Origin: Planctomycetota bacterium | GTDB taxonomy: Bacteria; Planctomycetota; UBA8108; SXIK01 | Length of the DNA: 64,000 nt | Assembly (NCBI GenBank): GCA_965223265.1 | Contig: OZ244999.1 | Location: 5,952,001 to 6,016,000, forward strand | Reading direction: 5' to 3' | In this document: positions 40,264 to 50,783 of the stretch, piece by piece | Layout of the letters: each line of letters begins with the position of its first letter | How positions within the stretch are numbered: position 1 is the first letter of the stretch | The notes under the pieces: generated by a model | Seen by the model: only the letters and a program-made list of their open reading frames with translations | Told to the model about the DNA's origin: nothing | Databases searched by the model: none | Position numbers and translations under genes: made by a program

Positions 40264-42894
40264 ATGCCGAAGTCTCACCGCCCCCATCGCGGCCATATCG
40301 CCGCCGCAAACTCGCGCGCCTCGATTTGTGGTCTGGCACTGATCGCCGGCGCCGTCGTGCTCACCCCCGCGGCACTACGATCGCAGAGCGCGCGCTTCGA
40401 GCGCGGCGACGCCAACGCCGACACCGCGATCGACATCAGCGACCCCATCAACACACTGGCTTACCTCTTTTCGGAAGACGTCGATAGCGTTCCATGTGAA
40501 GACGCCGCCGACGCTAACGACAGCGGCGACATCGACCTTTCCGATGCGATCTTTACCCTCAACTTCCTCTTCGTGGCCGGAGCCGAGCCGCCCGCGCCCT
40601 ATGAGGTGTGCGGCGCCGATCCAACAGACGACAACCTCAGCTGCGCCGAGTTTGCGCCGTGCCCGCCGCCCACGATCGACGCGTTCGTCGTCAACTCGAC
40701 GGCCGACCTCGTCGACGCGAGGCCGGGCGACGGCACCTGCGACACGGGCAATCTCATCGCGCTCGGCGAAGAGATCGTACCCGAGTGCACCCTCCGCGCT
40801 GCGCTCGACGAGGCCAACGCGCTCGAAGGCACGAACGAGATCGAGTTCCACAAGGCGCTGACACCCGACGAAAACGGCGGCATAAGATTCACCCCGAAGG
40901 AGCAACTCTCGATCACTGACCCGCTGATTCTCGACGGCTACACAGCGAGCGGGTACGACACAGAGAGTCCCGCGCAGAACCCAGTGGTTCACCTTTACGG
41001 TGCGTTTGGCGTTACCGGCGTTTCGGGGCTGCTGATCTCGCCAGACGCGCGTGGCACGATCGTGCGCGGAGTCGCGATTCATGGTTTCCCTCGCCACGGC
41101 ATGTACATCTTGGCAGACGATGTCATCGTTCAAGGCTGCCACATCGGTTTGCGCGACGGAGCCATCGTCGACGGCAACATCATCGACGGGATCTTCGTGG
41201 ATGGCGCGACCCGATTGGCCATCGGCATGTCGATCGCCAATGACGGTGCGCTTCTCGGCCGGCCGAACGTCATCTCCGGCAACGGCGCTTTTGGACTCAG
41301 AATGAACGAAGGCGGCAGCGTGGTCGTCGGTAATCTCATTGGCGTGGAGGTGTCGGGGCGAGCCGCGGAGAGCGTTGGCAGCGCGACCGGCAATCGCGAC
41401 GGAGTCTACCTGAGCGACGACAATTTCAGCCAGACGCTCGTCAGTCACAACGTGATCTCGGGAAACCTCCAGCAGGGAGTGGAAATCGAGGGCGCACTCG
41501 GCCACAAAATCGTCAACAACTACATCGGCACTTCGATCGATGGAGATGCAGGGCTGGGTGGGCTCGGAAACGGTTGCCACGGAGTGTACATCTTCGAAAG
41601 TAGTGAGCTGGAGATTTCCGGCAATGTCGTTTCGGGGAACGGATGCGGCGGAATCTCCATCGATCGAGCGGCAAACACCGAGGTCGCAGGCAACCGCATC
41701 GGCGTCACCGCGGACGGAGCTTCTGTTCTCGCCAACGATCACTACGGTATTTACGTTTTCTCGAGAAGCGGAGCCTACATAATCCGCGACAACGTGATCG
41801 GTGGGAACGGTGCCACCGGTCTCCTTTTGGAAGCGGCGGAGGTGCAGGTGACCGGCAATTGGATTGGCACAAACGACGCGGGAGCCAACCTCGGCAACCA
41901 GGGAAGCGGCATCGAGTTTCTAACCACCGAAGGCCAAATCCTGCGCGGTGGCCGGATCGGCGGACCGGAGCCTGACGACGGCAACATCATAGGTTTCAAC
42001 GCACAAAGCGGCATCGCTCTGACCGCCGACGTCGAGACTGTGCAGATCTTCGGCAACCACATCGGCACCGACGCAAGCGGCCGCGACCTCGGAAACGGCG
42101 AGCACGGGATCATCCTCGGCGGCAACGCCCACACGCTAGGGAGCGCCGACGCGCCCAATGTCATCGGGTTCAACGACGGCGATGGCGTCCACGTTCGCGG
42201 CGACCGCCACCGAATCATCGGCAACTACATCGGCACGAACGACCGCGCCGAAGACCTCGGCAACGACGGCGACGGGATCGAACTCGCAACGAGACCTCTC
42301 AACGGCGTCGGCAGCAGCGGCAACGTCATCGGTGCGGCTCTCTCCACGCCGGAGGAGCTCGTAGCCGAGCAGGGAAACACGATCGCCTACAACGCCGGAC
42401 AGGGGATCGAGCTCGCAGCGTCGATCCCCATACTCGCCGAGGTCAAAGAGAACTGCCTGCGTGCCAACTCTATCTACGCCAACGGCTCGATCGGCATCGA
42501 TCTCGCTCCGATCGGCCTGACCGCAAACGACCCCGATGATGCTGACACCGGTACCAACGGCGGGCAAAACACCCCCGTTCTCGATCCCGCGCCGTTTTGG
42601 AACGAGACTGGCGGTACACTGTTCATCCACTTCACCGTGCCATCCGCCCCAACGGAATCCAGCTATCCTCTGCACGTCGACTTCTATCTCGCCGACGCCG
42701 ATGCTGAGGAAGGGAAGACCTACATTGGCACGGCGATGTACGAGGAACGCGACGCCGGCTCGCAAGTCACCACGCAGCTCGAAGCACCGCCGGAACTCGA
42801 AGTGAACAGCCGCCTCGTTGCCACGGCCACCGACTCGGCAGGCAGCGGCAACACCAGCGAGTTCAGCGCCTCAATCGCCGTAGCGTCACGTTGA
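40264..42894 (+). CDS. Secreted dockerin-like / CSLREA / right-handed beta-helix protein
   Basis: AAGGAG RBS, signal, FERGDANADTAIDISD, VVNSTAD..DGTC..CTLRAAL, many GNxIG/NVISGN repeats, GNTSEFS end motif. Confidence 0.85.
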   Translation: MPKSHRPHRGHIAAANSRASICGLALIAGAVVLTPAALRSQSARFERGDANADTAIDISDPINTLAYLFSEDVDSVPCEDAADANDSGDIDLSDAIFTLNFLFVAGAEPPAPYEVCGADPTDDNLSCAEFAPCPPPTIDAFVVNSTADLVDARPGDGTCDTGNLIALGEEIVPECTLRAALDEANALEGTNEIEFHKALTPDENGGIRFTPKEQLSITDPLILDGYTASGYDTESPAQNPVVHLYGAFGVTGVSGLLISPDARGTIVRGVAIHGFPRHGMYILADDVIVQGCHIGLRDGAIVDGNIIDGIFVDGATRLAIGMSIANDGALLGRPNVISGNGAFGLRMNEGGSVVVGNLIGVEVSGRAAESVGSATGNRDGVYLSDDNFSQTLVSHNVISGNLQQGVEIEGALGHKIVNNYIGTSIDGDAGLGGLGNGCHGVYIFESSELEISGNVVSGNGCGGISIDRAANTEVAGNRIGVTADGASVLANDHYGIYVFSRSGAYIIRDNVIGGNGATGLLLEAAEVQVTGNWIGTNDAGANLGNQGSGIEFLTTEGQILRGGRIGGPEPDDGNIIGFNAQSGIALTADVETVQIFGNHIGTDASGRDLGNGEHGIILGGNAHTLGSADAPNVIGFNDGDGVHVRGDRHRIIGNYIGTNDRAEDLGNDGDGIELATRPLNGVGSSGNVIGAALSTPEELVAEQGNTIAYNAGQGIELAASIPILAEVKENCLRANSIYANGSIGIDLAPIGLTANDPDDADTGTNGGQNTPVLDPAPFWNETGGTLFIHFTVPSAPTESSYPLHVDFYLADADAEEGKTYIGTAMYEERDAGSQVTTQLEAPPELEVNSRLVATATDSAGSGNTSEFSASIAVASR

Positions 42895-43371
42895 TAGCAC
42901 GCAATAACAACCTGAGACGCCTGCGACGGCTCGACGGGACCACTACTGCGGAGAAGGTGTGTGAGCGATGACCTGAGGACATGCAGAGCATAAGTCGCGG
43001 CGGCGGGAGGCAGCCCTCCGACAACTCACCCCGCGGGTTATCCGCGGGCAGGTCGGCGTTCACAGCACGCACATCGAAGCGGGAGCTGTTCTCCTGACCG
43101 CCGCGGCGGTTTTGTTCACCCCCCATACATCATGTGCCTGTCGCGCTTCTGCGCCGCCACGAATACGTCGTGCGACCGACTCGCCCAGCCCGACCTGGCC
43201 CGATTCCCTCACCCCGCGCTCTTCCGGAAACCTTTTCCCGCGCAGCAATGCTGGACGCCACCACACTTGCTGTGAAAAAATGGAGGCTCACTGACGGGAT
43301 AAAGAACGACTCGAGTTAGCCCGACCACTGAACGGGCAGCCGCCGGCGCGGGAGGGAGCGGACGACTTGGC

Positions 43372-46300
43372 ATGATCCAGAGCGATTCTGACCATCCAAG
43401 AAGACCGCGCCGCGGCGAACATCCGGCCGCTGCGAAAACGCCACCACCCGGGCATGGCGGCGGCGAAGAGGCTGAAGAGACGGGCCTCTTTGGACTGCCG
43501 GAGCGTATCTCACCCAACACACTCCTCGCAGATCGCTACCGCGTCGCCGAACTCCTCGGCAAGGGCGGCATGGGAGAAGTCTTTCGCGGCCACGACCAAC
43601 GGCTCGACCGCGACGTGGCGATCAAGGTTTTGCCCGAGCACCGCGCCTTGGACCCCGACGCGCTCAAGCGCTTCGAACGCGAGATCAAGGCAGTCGCAGC
43701 GCTGTCTCATCCCCACGTCATGGCGATCCACGACATCGGGGTGCATGAAAAAATCCCCTTCGCGGTGATGGAGCTGCTGAAGGGCGAGACGCTGCGCATT
43801 CTGCTGACAGGGCACCCACTTGCCGTAGATCAAGTACGCCGCATCGGTCAAGGAGTCGCTGCGGGGCTCGCTGCGGCGCACGCGCGGGAAATCATCCACC
43901 GTGACATCAAGCCCGAAAACGTCATGGTGAACCTTGAAGGTCACGTCAAGATCCTGGACTTTGGTCTTGCACGACGCACGCTCCCAAGAACGACGCCTGG
44001 CGACAGTTCGACAGCTCGCTTGACACTCTCCGGCGTCACTCCCGGCACAGTCCCGTACATGTCGCCGGAACAAGTCACGGGCGAATCGCTGACTGCAGCC
44101 ACGGACATCTTCTCGTTCGGTGTCGTCCTTTACGAAACCGCCACCGGACGTAACCCTTACCGCGCTGACACTCACTTCGAAACCTTCGAGCGCATCGTCT
44201 GGCAGCGACCAGAGCCACCGTCGCATGCTGCTCCCGAGCTCCCCGCGGCGCTCGACGCACTGATTATGCGTATGCTCGAGCGCAACCCCGTGCAGCGCCC
44301 TGGCGCGCAGGAAATCGAGGCGGCTCTGTCGAAATCCGGCGGCGGCACACCGCCTTCCACCTTCTCCGTCAGGCAAGAGACCGCGCCGCGACACACGGTT
44401 GGTCGGCAGACGCAACTCGACGAGCTCCGCACAAGACTCCAGAACGCCGCCGACCGGCGCGGATCGATGCTCTGCATCGCGGGTGAAGCAGGCATCGGCA
44501 AGACGACGCTCGTCGAAGACTTCCTCCACGAACTCGAAAGTGCTGGCCATCACGGCACCGTGGTTGCACGCGGGCGTTGTTCTGAACGCCTAGCGGGCTC
44601 CGACGGCTATCTCCCGTTTCTCGAGGCGCTTGAATCTCTGCTCAAACACGATCGACACGCTGGCGTTCATCGTCTCCTGCAACAGTACGCACCCGCATGG
44701 TATGTACAAATCGCCACGAGCTCCGGCGGCGAGTCTCTGGGCGACGCTGCACTCGCAGACGCGCGTTCCGCCTCGCAGGAGAGGATGAAACGCGAGCTCG
44801 CCGTCTTCCTCGGCGAGCTCGGACGCCTTGGCCCCGTCGTGCTCTTTCTCGACGACATCCACTGGGTCGATGTGTCGACAGCAGACCTCCTGGCTTACCT
44901 GGGCTCAAAGTGCGGCAATCTGCGCCTCCTTCTCGTCGTCAGTTTTCGCCCCACTGAGTTGTCGTTAAGTCGCAGCCCGTTCGTCGACGCAAAACTCGAA
45001 CTCCAAGGGCGCGGTCTGTGTAAGGAGATCGCACTCGAATTCCTGGGCCGCGAGGACATCCGAACGTATCTCGATCTCGAGTTCCCCGCGCATGCCTTCC
45101 CCGAAGAATTCGCCGGACTCATTCACGCGCGCACTGAAGGCAGCCCTCTGTTCATGGTCGACCTGCTGCGCTACTTGAAGGACGAAGGCGTCATCGCGCA
45201 GCAAGACGGACGCTGGGCTCTGGCGCGCAGCGTGCCCGAGATGCAGCGGGATCTGCCGGAGTCGGTGCGCAGCATGATCCAGAAAAAAATCGGCCAACTC
45301 AGTGACTCCGAGCGGCAGATCCTCGTCGCTGCGAGCGTTCAAGGCTACGAGTTTCACGCCGCCGTGATCGCCCGAGCACTGGACCGCGACGAAGCTGAAG
45401 TCGAAGAGTGCCTGGAACACCTCGACCGCGTTCACTATCTCGTGCGCAACCTCGAGGAGGAAGAGTTCCCCGACCGCACGCTGACCGTCAAATACACCTT
45501 TGTTCACGTCCTCTACCAGAACGCGCTCTACGACACACTCACGCCAGCACGAAAAGCGAAGCTCGCTGCGTCGGTGGCTCAAGTTCTCGAGGCGACACGC
45601 GAACACGAGCAGGCGGACATCGCTCTGGAGTTGGCCCTCCTTTGGGAAGTCGCGCGCGACTTTGACAAAGCGTCAGACTTTTTTCTTAAAGCGGCGGAAA
45701 ACGACGCCAAGCTCTACGCCAACCACGAAGCGATCGCGCTGGCTGGACGAGCGATGCAGACCGCGGAGAAGCTCTCAGAGAGCGGCGGACGACGCGAACG
45801 CGTTCTGCGCGTCGCCTTCTTCATGGCTCAGCTCTATCAAACGCTCGGCAAGTATCATGACGGCATTGCGAGCTTCGAGCTCGCCGAGCGCGTCGCGCAA
45901 GAGCTCGAGCGCGTCGATGCGGTCGTCGAAGCGGTGTGCGGCATGGCCAACTGCGCCTTCTATCTCAAGCAGATGGGAGACGCACAGAAGCATGGCGCAC
46001 GGGCCCTCGAATTGGCGCGACGACACAATCTGCAGCTCGGCGTTGCCCAGGCCGAGTCGGTGATCGCCCTGGAGCGGCTGTGCATGGGCGAGTTCGAGAC
46101 GGCGGAGCGCTTCTATGATCGTGCCATCCCCGTGCTGAAGGCCGAAGGGCGGCCGATTCAAGCCATGGACGCGGTCAGCTTCCGACTACTGCTCCACGCC
46201 TGGCGTCTCGAGTATCGGGAGCTCGATGCCAAGGCGAGCTGGTGGGTGGAAATGGCACGCGAGTTCGGTGCCAACATCGTGCAAATGCACTTTTGGCGCA

Positions 46301-47055
46301 GCATGGCGCTCGGCAATCAAGGTCGGCTTTCCGAGGCGCTCGAAACAGTTCGTGAAGGACGCCGCTTGGCAGAGCTCAACGACGACCCGTACCACATCAC
46401 GCGCCTACCCAACATCGAAGGCTGGCTCCATCGAGAGCTTCAAGACTTCGACACTGCCGTTGAGCTCGACAGCCAAAGTCTCGCACTCGGCATGGAGCTT
46501 GGATTCGAAGAGGCGGCCGCGAACGCCCATGTCAACTTGGGACACAACTACACGCTTCTGGGTGAACATGAGCGCGCCCACGAACAGCTGCACGCGGCGG
46601 AGCGTCTCTTCAATCAAGACCCGTGGTTTCGATGGCGCTACAACATCCGCTTGCAAGCGGAGTTTGCCAGCCACTGGATCGCGCGCGGCGACCTCACGGT
46701 GGCGACGTCGCACGCGAAAAAATCTCTGGAGCTGGCCCAGAAGTCTTTGTCGCGAAAGCACATCGCTTGGGCGTACAAACTGCTTGCGGATATTGCAGCG
46801 CTGGAGGACCGCGTCGACGAGGCTGCACATCACTTCGACCAGGCACTCAAGACCTTCGATGGCTATCCTTGTCCGACGATCGAGTGGAAGGTGCTCAAGG
46901 CGATGCTGCACTTGGCTCGTCAGCGGCGAGACAACGACGCGATCGATCAACTCGAGCGCCGGGCGCGCCAGCTCACGGAGTCGCTCGCCAGGCAGATCGG
47001 CGACGACAAGTTGCGCCAGGTGTTTCTGCAGTCGCGGGCGATTCGGGAACTTTAG
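43372..47055 (+). CDS. Ser/Thr kinase - STAND-like AAA ATPase - TPR protein (cytoplasmic)
   Basis: LGKGGMGEV, HRDIKPEN, DFGLA, GTVPYMSPE; Walker A GEAGIGKT, Walker B LFLDDIHW, TEGSPLF; helical TPR-like C-terminus; no TM. Confidence 0.92.
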   Translation: MIQSDSDHPRRPRRGEHPAAAKTPPPGHGGGEEAEETGLFGLPERISPNTLLADRYRVAELLGKGGMGEVFRGHDQRLDRDVAIKVLPEHRALDPDALKRFEREIKAVAALSHPHVMAIHDIGVHEKIPFAVMELLKGETLRILLTGHPLAVDQVRRIGQGVAAGLAAAHAREIIHRDIKPENVMVNLEGHVKILDFGLARRTLPRTTPGDSSTARLTLSGVTPGTVPYMSPEQVTGESLTAATDIFSFGVVLYETATGRNPYRADTHFETFERIVWQRPEPPSHAAPELPAALDALIMRMLERNPVQRPGAQEIEAALSKSGGGTPPSTFSVRQETAPRHTVGRQTQLDELRTRLQNAADRRGSMLCIAGEAGIGKTTLVEDFLHELESAGHHGTVVARGRCSERLAGSDGYLPFLEALESLLKHDRHAGVHRLLQQYAPAWYVQIATSSGGESLGDAALADARSASQERMKRELAVFLGELGRLGPVVLFLDDIHWVDVSTADLLAYLGSKCGNLRLLLVVSFRPTELSLSRSPFVDAKLELQGRGLCKEIALEFLGREDIRTYLDLEFPAHAFPEEFAGLIHARTEGSPLFMVDLLRYLKDEGVIAQQDGRWALARSVPEMQRDLPESVRSMIQKKIGQLSDSERQILVAASVQGYEFHAAVIARALDRDEAEVEECLEHLDRVHYLVRNLEEEEFPDRTLTVKYTFVHVLYQNALYDTLTPARKAKLAASVAQVLEATREHEQADIALELALLWEVARDFDKASDFFLKAAENDAKLYANHEAIALAGRAMQTAEKLSESGGRRERVLRVAFFMAQLYQTLGKYHDGIASFELAERVAQELERVDAVVEAVCGMANCAFYLKQMGDAQKHGARALELARRHNLQLGVAQAESVIALERLCMGEFETAERFYDRAIPVLKAEGRPIQAMDAVSFRLLLHAWRLEYRELDAKASWWVEMAREFGANIVQMHFWRSMALGNQGRLSEALETVREGRRLAELNDDPYHITRLPNIEGWLHRELQDFDTAVELDSQSLALGMELGFEEAAANAHVNLGHNYTLLGEHERAHEQLHAAERLFNQDPWFRWRYNIRLQAEFASHWIARGDLTVATSHAKKSLELAQKSLSRKHIAWAYKLLADIAALEDRVDEAAHHFDQALKTFDGYPCPTIEWKVLKAMLHLARQRRDNDAIDQLERRARQLTESLARQIGDDKLRQVFLQSRAIREL

Positions 47056-47219
47056 TGCGTCGCTACCGCGTGCGGGTTCCCCACCCTTTCGAGGCCTCTC
47101 ACCACGGAGGACCCGGGTCTCTGAACAAGGGGCTCCTCGCTCTCACTCCTTTTCGCGCGACTCCGGGGGCGAACTTTGCGGTGAAAGTCTCTGTCTGAAA
47201 GAGCTTCGACTCCGAGGCG

Positions 47220-47960
47220 CTAGCCGTCAACCCGGCGGCGGTTGGCCCTGTCTCCCAGCCAGGTCTCTCCGAGGACGCTCGGGACGCGCTCGAGCATCGA
47301 CTTGAGGCGCTCGAGCGCGCGGGCGTACCGTTTACTCGCCGCCGCCTCGCCGATGCCGAGTTCCTGCGCCACTTCGGCGTTCGACAGATGCTCGAAGTGC
47401 CGGAGGACAAGGACCTCGCGGTCGTCTTGCCCCATAGATTCAATCGTCTCGCGCACGAACCGGCTCGTCTCGGCGTCGATCATGGCGCGCACCGGTGTGC
47501 CGGCACCCAGCAGCTTGTCCGTGAGCCACACGGCATCCGCAGCGCCGCCCGCTGACGTCGTGGCCACTTCACGTCTCACGTCGCGCGTCTGCGCGCCGAT
47601 GTGCTTGCGATGGAGATCGATCACCTTCTGCGTCGCGAGTGTGCGCAGCCAAACGAAGAAAGGCATACGGAGGTCCTTGAGATAACTCTCGAGACGGCGC
47701 GATGCCTCCATGTAGACGTCCTGGATCACGTCACCGACGTCGACGCGGTTCCACATGCGATAGTCGAGCCGAAAGCGAACCATCTTCTCGAGGCGAGCAC
47801 GATGGCGGGAGAAGAGGCGCTGCAGCGCTTCCTGGTCGCCTGACTTCGTCAAACGAACGAGCTCGTCCGTCTCGGCGCTCCAAGCGGAGGCGTCGCCTCC
47901 TGGCGGCGAGTCGGCGGCGGGCTGATGCGGTTCGCGCGGCGGCTCAAACGATCCGGACAT
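47220..47960 (-). CDS. ECF sigma-70 factor (Planctomycetaceae-specific subfamily)
   Basis: GDQEALQRLF, RVDVGDVIQD, FFVWLR, HRKHIGAQTRDVRRE, DREVLVLRHFEHLSNAEVAQELG..AASKRYARAL. Confidence 0.9.
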   Translation of the reverse strand: MSGSFEPPREPHQPAADSPPGGDASAWSAETDELVRLTKSGDQEALQRLFSRHRARLEKMVRFRLDYRMWNRVDVGDVIQDVYMEASRRLESYLKDLRMPFFVWLRTLATQKVIDLHRKHIGAQTRDVRREVATTSAGGAADAVWLTDKLLGAGTPVRAMIDAETSRFVRETIESMGQDDREVLVLRHFEHLSNAEVAQELGIGEAAASKRYARALERLKSMLERVPSVLGETWLGDRANRRRVDG

Positions 47961-48248
47961 GAATCCCAGTTTGCAAACGCGTCACGGTGAAAAATCCGTC
48001 ATGCCGCTGCAGGTCAAGCGCAACCTTCAACACATTCTTCCTGCGGTTGCCGAGCGGCGGCGTCTCATACTGTATCTCACCCGCCACGCAACTTTCATCC
48101 CGAAACAGCAGACCAAACCCCCAAGGCGCGGCAGACGTTCAGAGCTCAGAGCAAGACTGACGCAACGGTTCGTAGCGTCCAACGCGCGCAACCGAAGCAG
48201 CGGCAACAACCGCTCGCCCTCAAGAGGCGCCGACATGCACGGCACGAA

Positions 48249-49307
48249 TCAGTCTCGGTACTCCTTGTGGCACTGGTGACACGACACCCCCAGCGTCTCG
48301 AAAGCGGTGGTCGCAGAAGCCTTGTCACCGCGTTTGAGCGCAGCCTCAAGATCGCGAGCGCTCTTCTCGGCGCCAGTCAACCACGTGCGCATCTCACTCG
48401 TGGCAACATCCGTCAGCGCACGACGAGACTCGTAGAGGCCCTCCCAAAGTAAGAGCGCTTCATGCGCCGGAACGAGATCGGGATGCGTCTTCGGTGTTGC
48501 CCAGCGTGCGTCCCGGCAGATCACAAGGTTGGCGTAAGCACGGTCAACAAGCCCCATGGCGGCGGCAGCGGTGTCGACTTCGGCCACTTCGACTAGTTCC
48601 GGTAGGTCGCGATTGTCAAACGTCGGCTCGTAAGAGCGGACGGCGCGCCACAAGCCGACGTAGTCTCGACTCGTACCGGCGAGGCGCAGGATCTCCACGG
48701 CGTCGTCCCGGCTAGTGTCACCGATGGTGACTGCGGCCACGGCCGCAGCAGCTGGCGCGCGGTGAAGACCGTGGTGGCAGTGAACGTAGAGCGGCGCCTC
48801 GGCGTCGCGGACAAGCCGCGCGATGGAGCGCCGCGCGTGCTCGTCGACGCCGTCATAACCGATGGGGATGTGCACGTAGCGAAGACCGTGGCGCCTAGCA
48901 GCGTGAACGCGCGGCTGAGCGACGTCGACGCTGACGATCGTGCGGATACCAAGGCGCGCGAGCTCGGCAAAGGAATCGCGCTGCTTCGGCTCGCCACCGC
49001 AGTAGATCTGGCGCGATGCGTGCAGCAGGTTGGGCAGGGCAGGATGATCGATGGTGTAAGGCGTCGAGGACTCCACGGCGCCGCGGCCGCCACCTTGAGG
49101 CACAGCGTCGCAACTGGAGACCAACAGCAGAATCGCCAAAAGCGAAGCGGCGCAATACGTGCTAACTTCGCCCACGCCGCGAGCAGAAAGAAGCGCGTTG
49201 ATCCGCTCAAGACGACGCTTCGTGACCTGCGCTGCAGAGCGACTTGCAGAGCATGGTCGCGGTGGAGCAGGACTCGTAGGGAGCAATCGGTATGTTAGCG
49301 TTCTCAC
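48249..49307 (-). CDS. Exported CX5R phosphatase/sulfurtransferase-like domain fused to cytochrome c'-like domain
   Basis: Lipoprotein-like LLLVSSC, GIRTIVSVD, YVHIPIGY, VHCHHGLHR (CX5R), C-terminal helical region ending CHQCHKEYRD; true start probably downstream of 49307. Confidence 0.75.
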   Translation of the reverse strand: MRTLTYRLLPTSPAPPRPCSASRSAAQVTKRRLERINALLSARGVGEVSTYCAASLLAILLLVSSCDAVPQGGGRGAVESSTPYTIDHPALPNLLHASRQIYCGGEPKQRDSFAELARLGIRTIVSVDVAQPRVHAARRHGLRYVHIPIGYDGVDEHARRSIARLVRDAEAPLYVHCHHGLHRAPAAAAVAAVTIGDTSRDDAVEILRLAGTSRDYVGLWRAVRSYEPTFDNRDLPELVEVAEVDTAAAAMGLVDRAYANLVICRDARWATPKTHPDLVPAHEALLLWEGLYESRRALTDVATSEMRTWLTGAEKSARDLEAALKRGDKASATTAFETLGVSCHQCHKEYRD

Positions 49308-49388
49308 CGAGCTCCTTCGTGGCTGCCGAACACTGTCTTCATCTTGGGGCTCTTGGCTCGCTTCACTCTTTGACGTAGACTCACGTTC

Positions 49389-50255
49389 ATGAATGACGCA
49401 GGGCCGACAAAACCGAAAATCGCTCCATGGCGGGAAACGCTACACGAAGTCATTTTTGAGGCCGACACACCTGCTGGCAAGGCATTCGACGTTTTTCTTC
49501 TCATCGCGATCCTGATCAGCGTCGTCACGGTGAGCCTCGAGACGGTCGAGAGCCTCGCCGGACATGACGCTGCTTTCATGGCGATCGAGTGGTGTCTAAC
49601 GATCTTGTTCACCGTCGAGTACGTCCTCAGACTGATCTGCGTCCGCCAGCCGCTACGCTATGCTACAAGTTTCTTTGGCATCGTCGATTTGCTCGCGCTT
49701 TTGCCGACATATCTCAGCCTCTTTCTACCAGGGGCGCAGTCACTCGCCGTCATCCGCTCGCTGCGCTTTCTGCGGGCGTTTCGCATCTTCAAGCTGGCGC
49801 GCATGCTGCGAGAGGCTTCGGCGCTACGCAGAGCCATTTGGGATTCGCGGGGTAAGATCGTCGTATTTCTCACAACCGTACTGACTGCGGTAACGATTGC
49901 AGGACCGGCGATGTATTGGGTCGAGAATCTGCCACCGATGCCCTGGGAGGAACCAGCAGCAGAAGCCGCGGCAGAAAGTCAGTTCACCTCGATCCCGGTG
50001 GCGATGTATTGGGCCGTGGTGACGATGACGACCGTTGGGTATGGCGACGTGGTACCGCAGACCGTCTTAGGGAAGCTCTTCTCGTCCATCCTGATCATGC
50101 TCGGCTACTCGCTCATCATTGTGCCGACTGGATTTGTGTCGGCGGAGCTCGTCGGCCTCAAGCTCAAGGTGTCGACGCAGTCGTGCCCTCACTGTATGGC
50201 GGAAGGTCATGATGTTGGAGCCAAGTTTTGCAATCAGTGTGGGAACGAGCTGTGA
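49389..50255 (+). CDS. Voltage-gated-type potassium channel (ion transporter) with C-terminal zinc ribbon
   Basis: S4-like RSLRFLRAFRIFKLAR, selectivity filter TTVGYGD, CPHC..CNQCG tail. Confidence 0.93.
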   Translation: MNDAGPTKPKIAPWRETLHEVIFEADTPAGKAFDVFLLIAILISVVTVSLETVESLAGHDAAFMAIEWCLTILFTVEYVLRLICVRQPLRYATSFFGIVDLLALLPTYLSLFLPGAQSLAVIRSLRFLRAFRIFKLARMLREASALRRAIWDSRGKIVVFLTTVLTAVTIAGPAMYWVENLPPMPWEEPAAEAAAESQFTSIPVAMYWAVVTMTTVGYGDVVPQTVLGKLFSSILIMLGYSLIIVPTGFVSAELVGLKLKVSTQSCPHCMAEGHDVGAKFCNQCGNEL

Positions 50256-50342
50256 ACAGAGTCGCTCACTAGGGCGAGAACAGTTGCCGAACCTGCGGTC
50301 GGCGACCAGACGCGACGATCAAACGAAATCGTCGCGCGAGGT

Positions 50343-50783
50343 TCACACGATCGAATCGCCGCGTAAGAATCGTTCGATCGCGTCCTCACGTAGGAGTCCC
50401 AACTGCGCAAAAAGGCCGACGAAGTCCCAATGGTTGTAGGCTTCCCCGAGCTTGCCGTCGACGACGCGCCCGAGCACGCTGCCGGTGATTGTCACGGTCT
50501 CGCCACCAGCGCGCGGCGTCGCCCGAAGGGTGCAAAGCGCGGAGATCCACTCTCCTTCCTCGACGCTCTTGTCGATCGCAATTTCGATCGCCGAGAAAAG
50601 ACCGCAGACAGCACGGTGAAATGCCTTGAACGCCTCCGGCCCGACGAGAACGTTCCCGCCAAGGCCGCGGGCGTCCGCATCGGGCCGAAGCAATTCGTCG
50701 ATCGCGTCCTCGCTGCGCTCGTGCCAGACGCGTTGGAACCAGGTTTCGAGGACGGTTCGGGGGCTTGGATTCATAAGTTTCAC
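50343..50783 (-). CDS. SnoaL-like / ester cyclase (NTF2 fold) protein
   Basis: WFQRVW, AIDELL, GPEAFKAFH, VEEGE, VDGKLGEAYNHWDF..LFAQLG. Confidence 0.8.
   Translation of the reverse strand: MKLMNPSPRTVLETWFQRVWHERSEDAIDELLRPDADARGLGGNVLVGPEAFKAFHRAVCGLFSAIEIAIDKSVEEGEWISALCTLRATPRAGGETVTITGSVLGRVVDGKLGEAYNHWDFVGLFAQLGLLREDAIERFLRGDSIV

Noticed and set aside
40375-41742. Long antisense ORFs (also 34974-35987, 43510-44553, 51975-52919, 62289-63197 and many shorter ones)
   Set aside because: Shadow frames opposite well-supported genes, expected in high-GC DNA; no motifs
15726-47995. GTGAAAA word in several intergenic regions (15726, 43273, 47987) as an ECF -35 motif
   Set aside because: Too short, no consistent -10 partner and inconsistent orientation to genes
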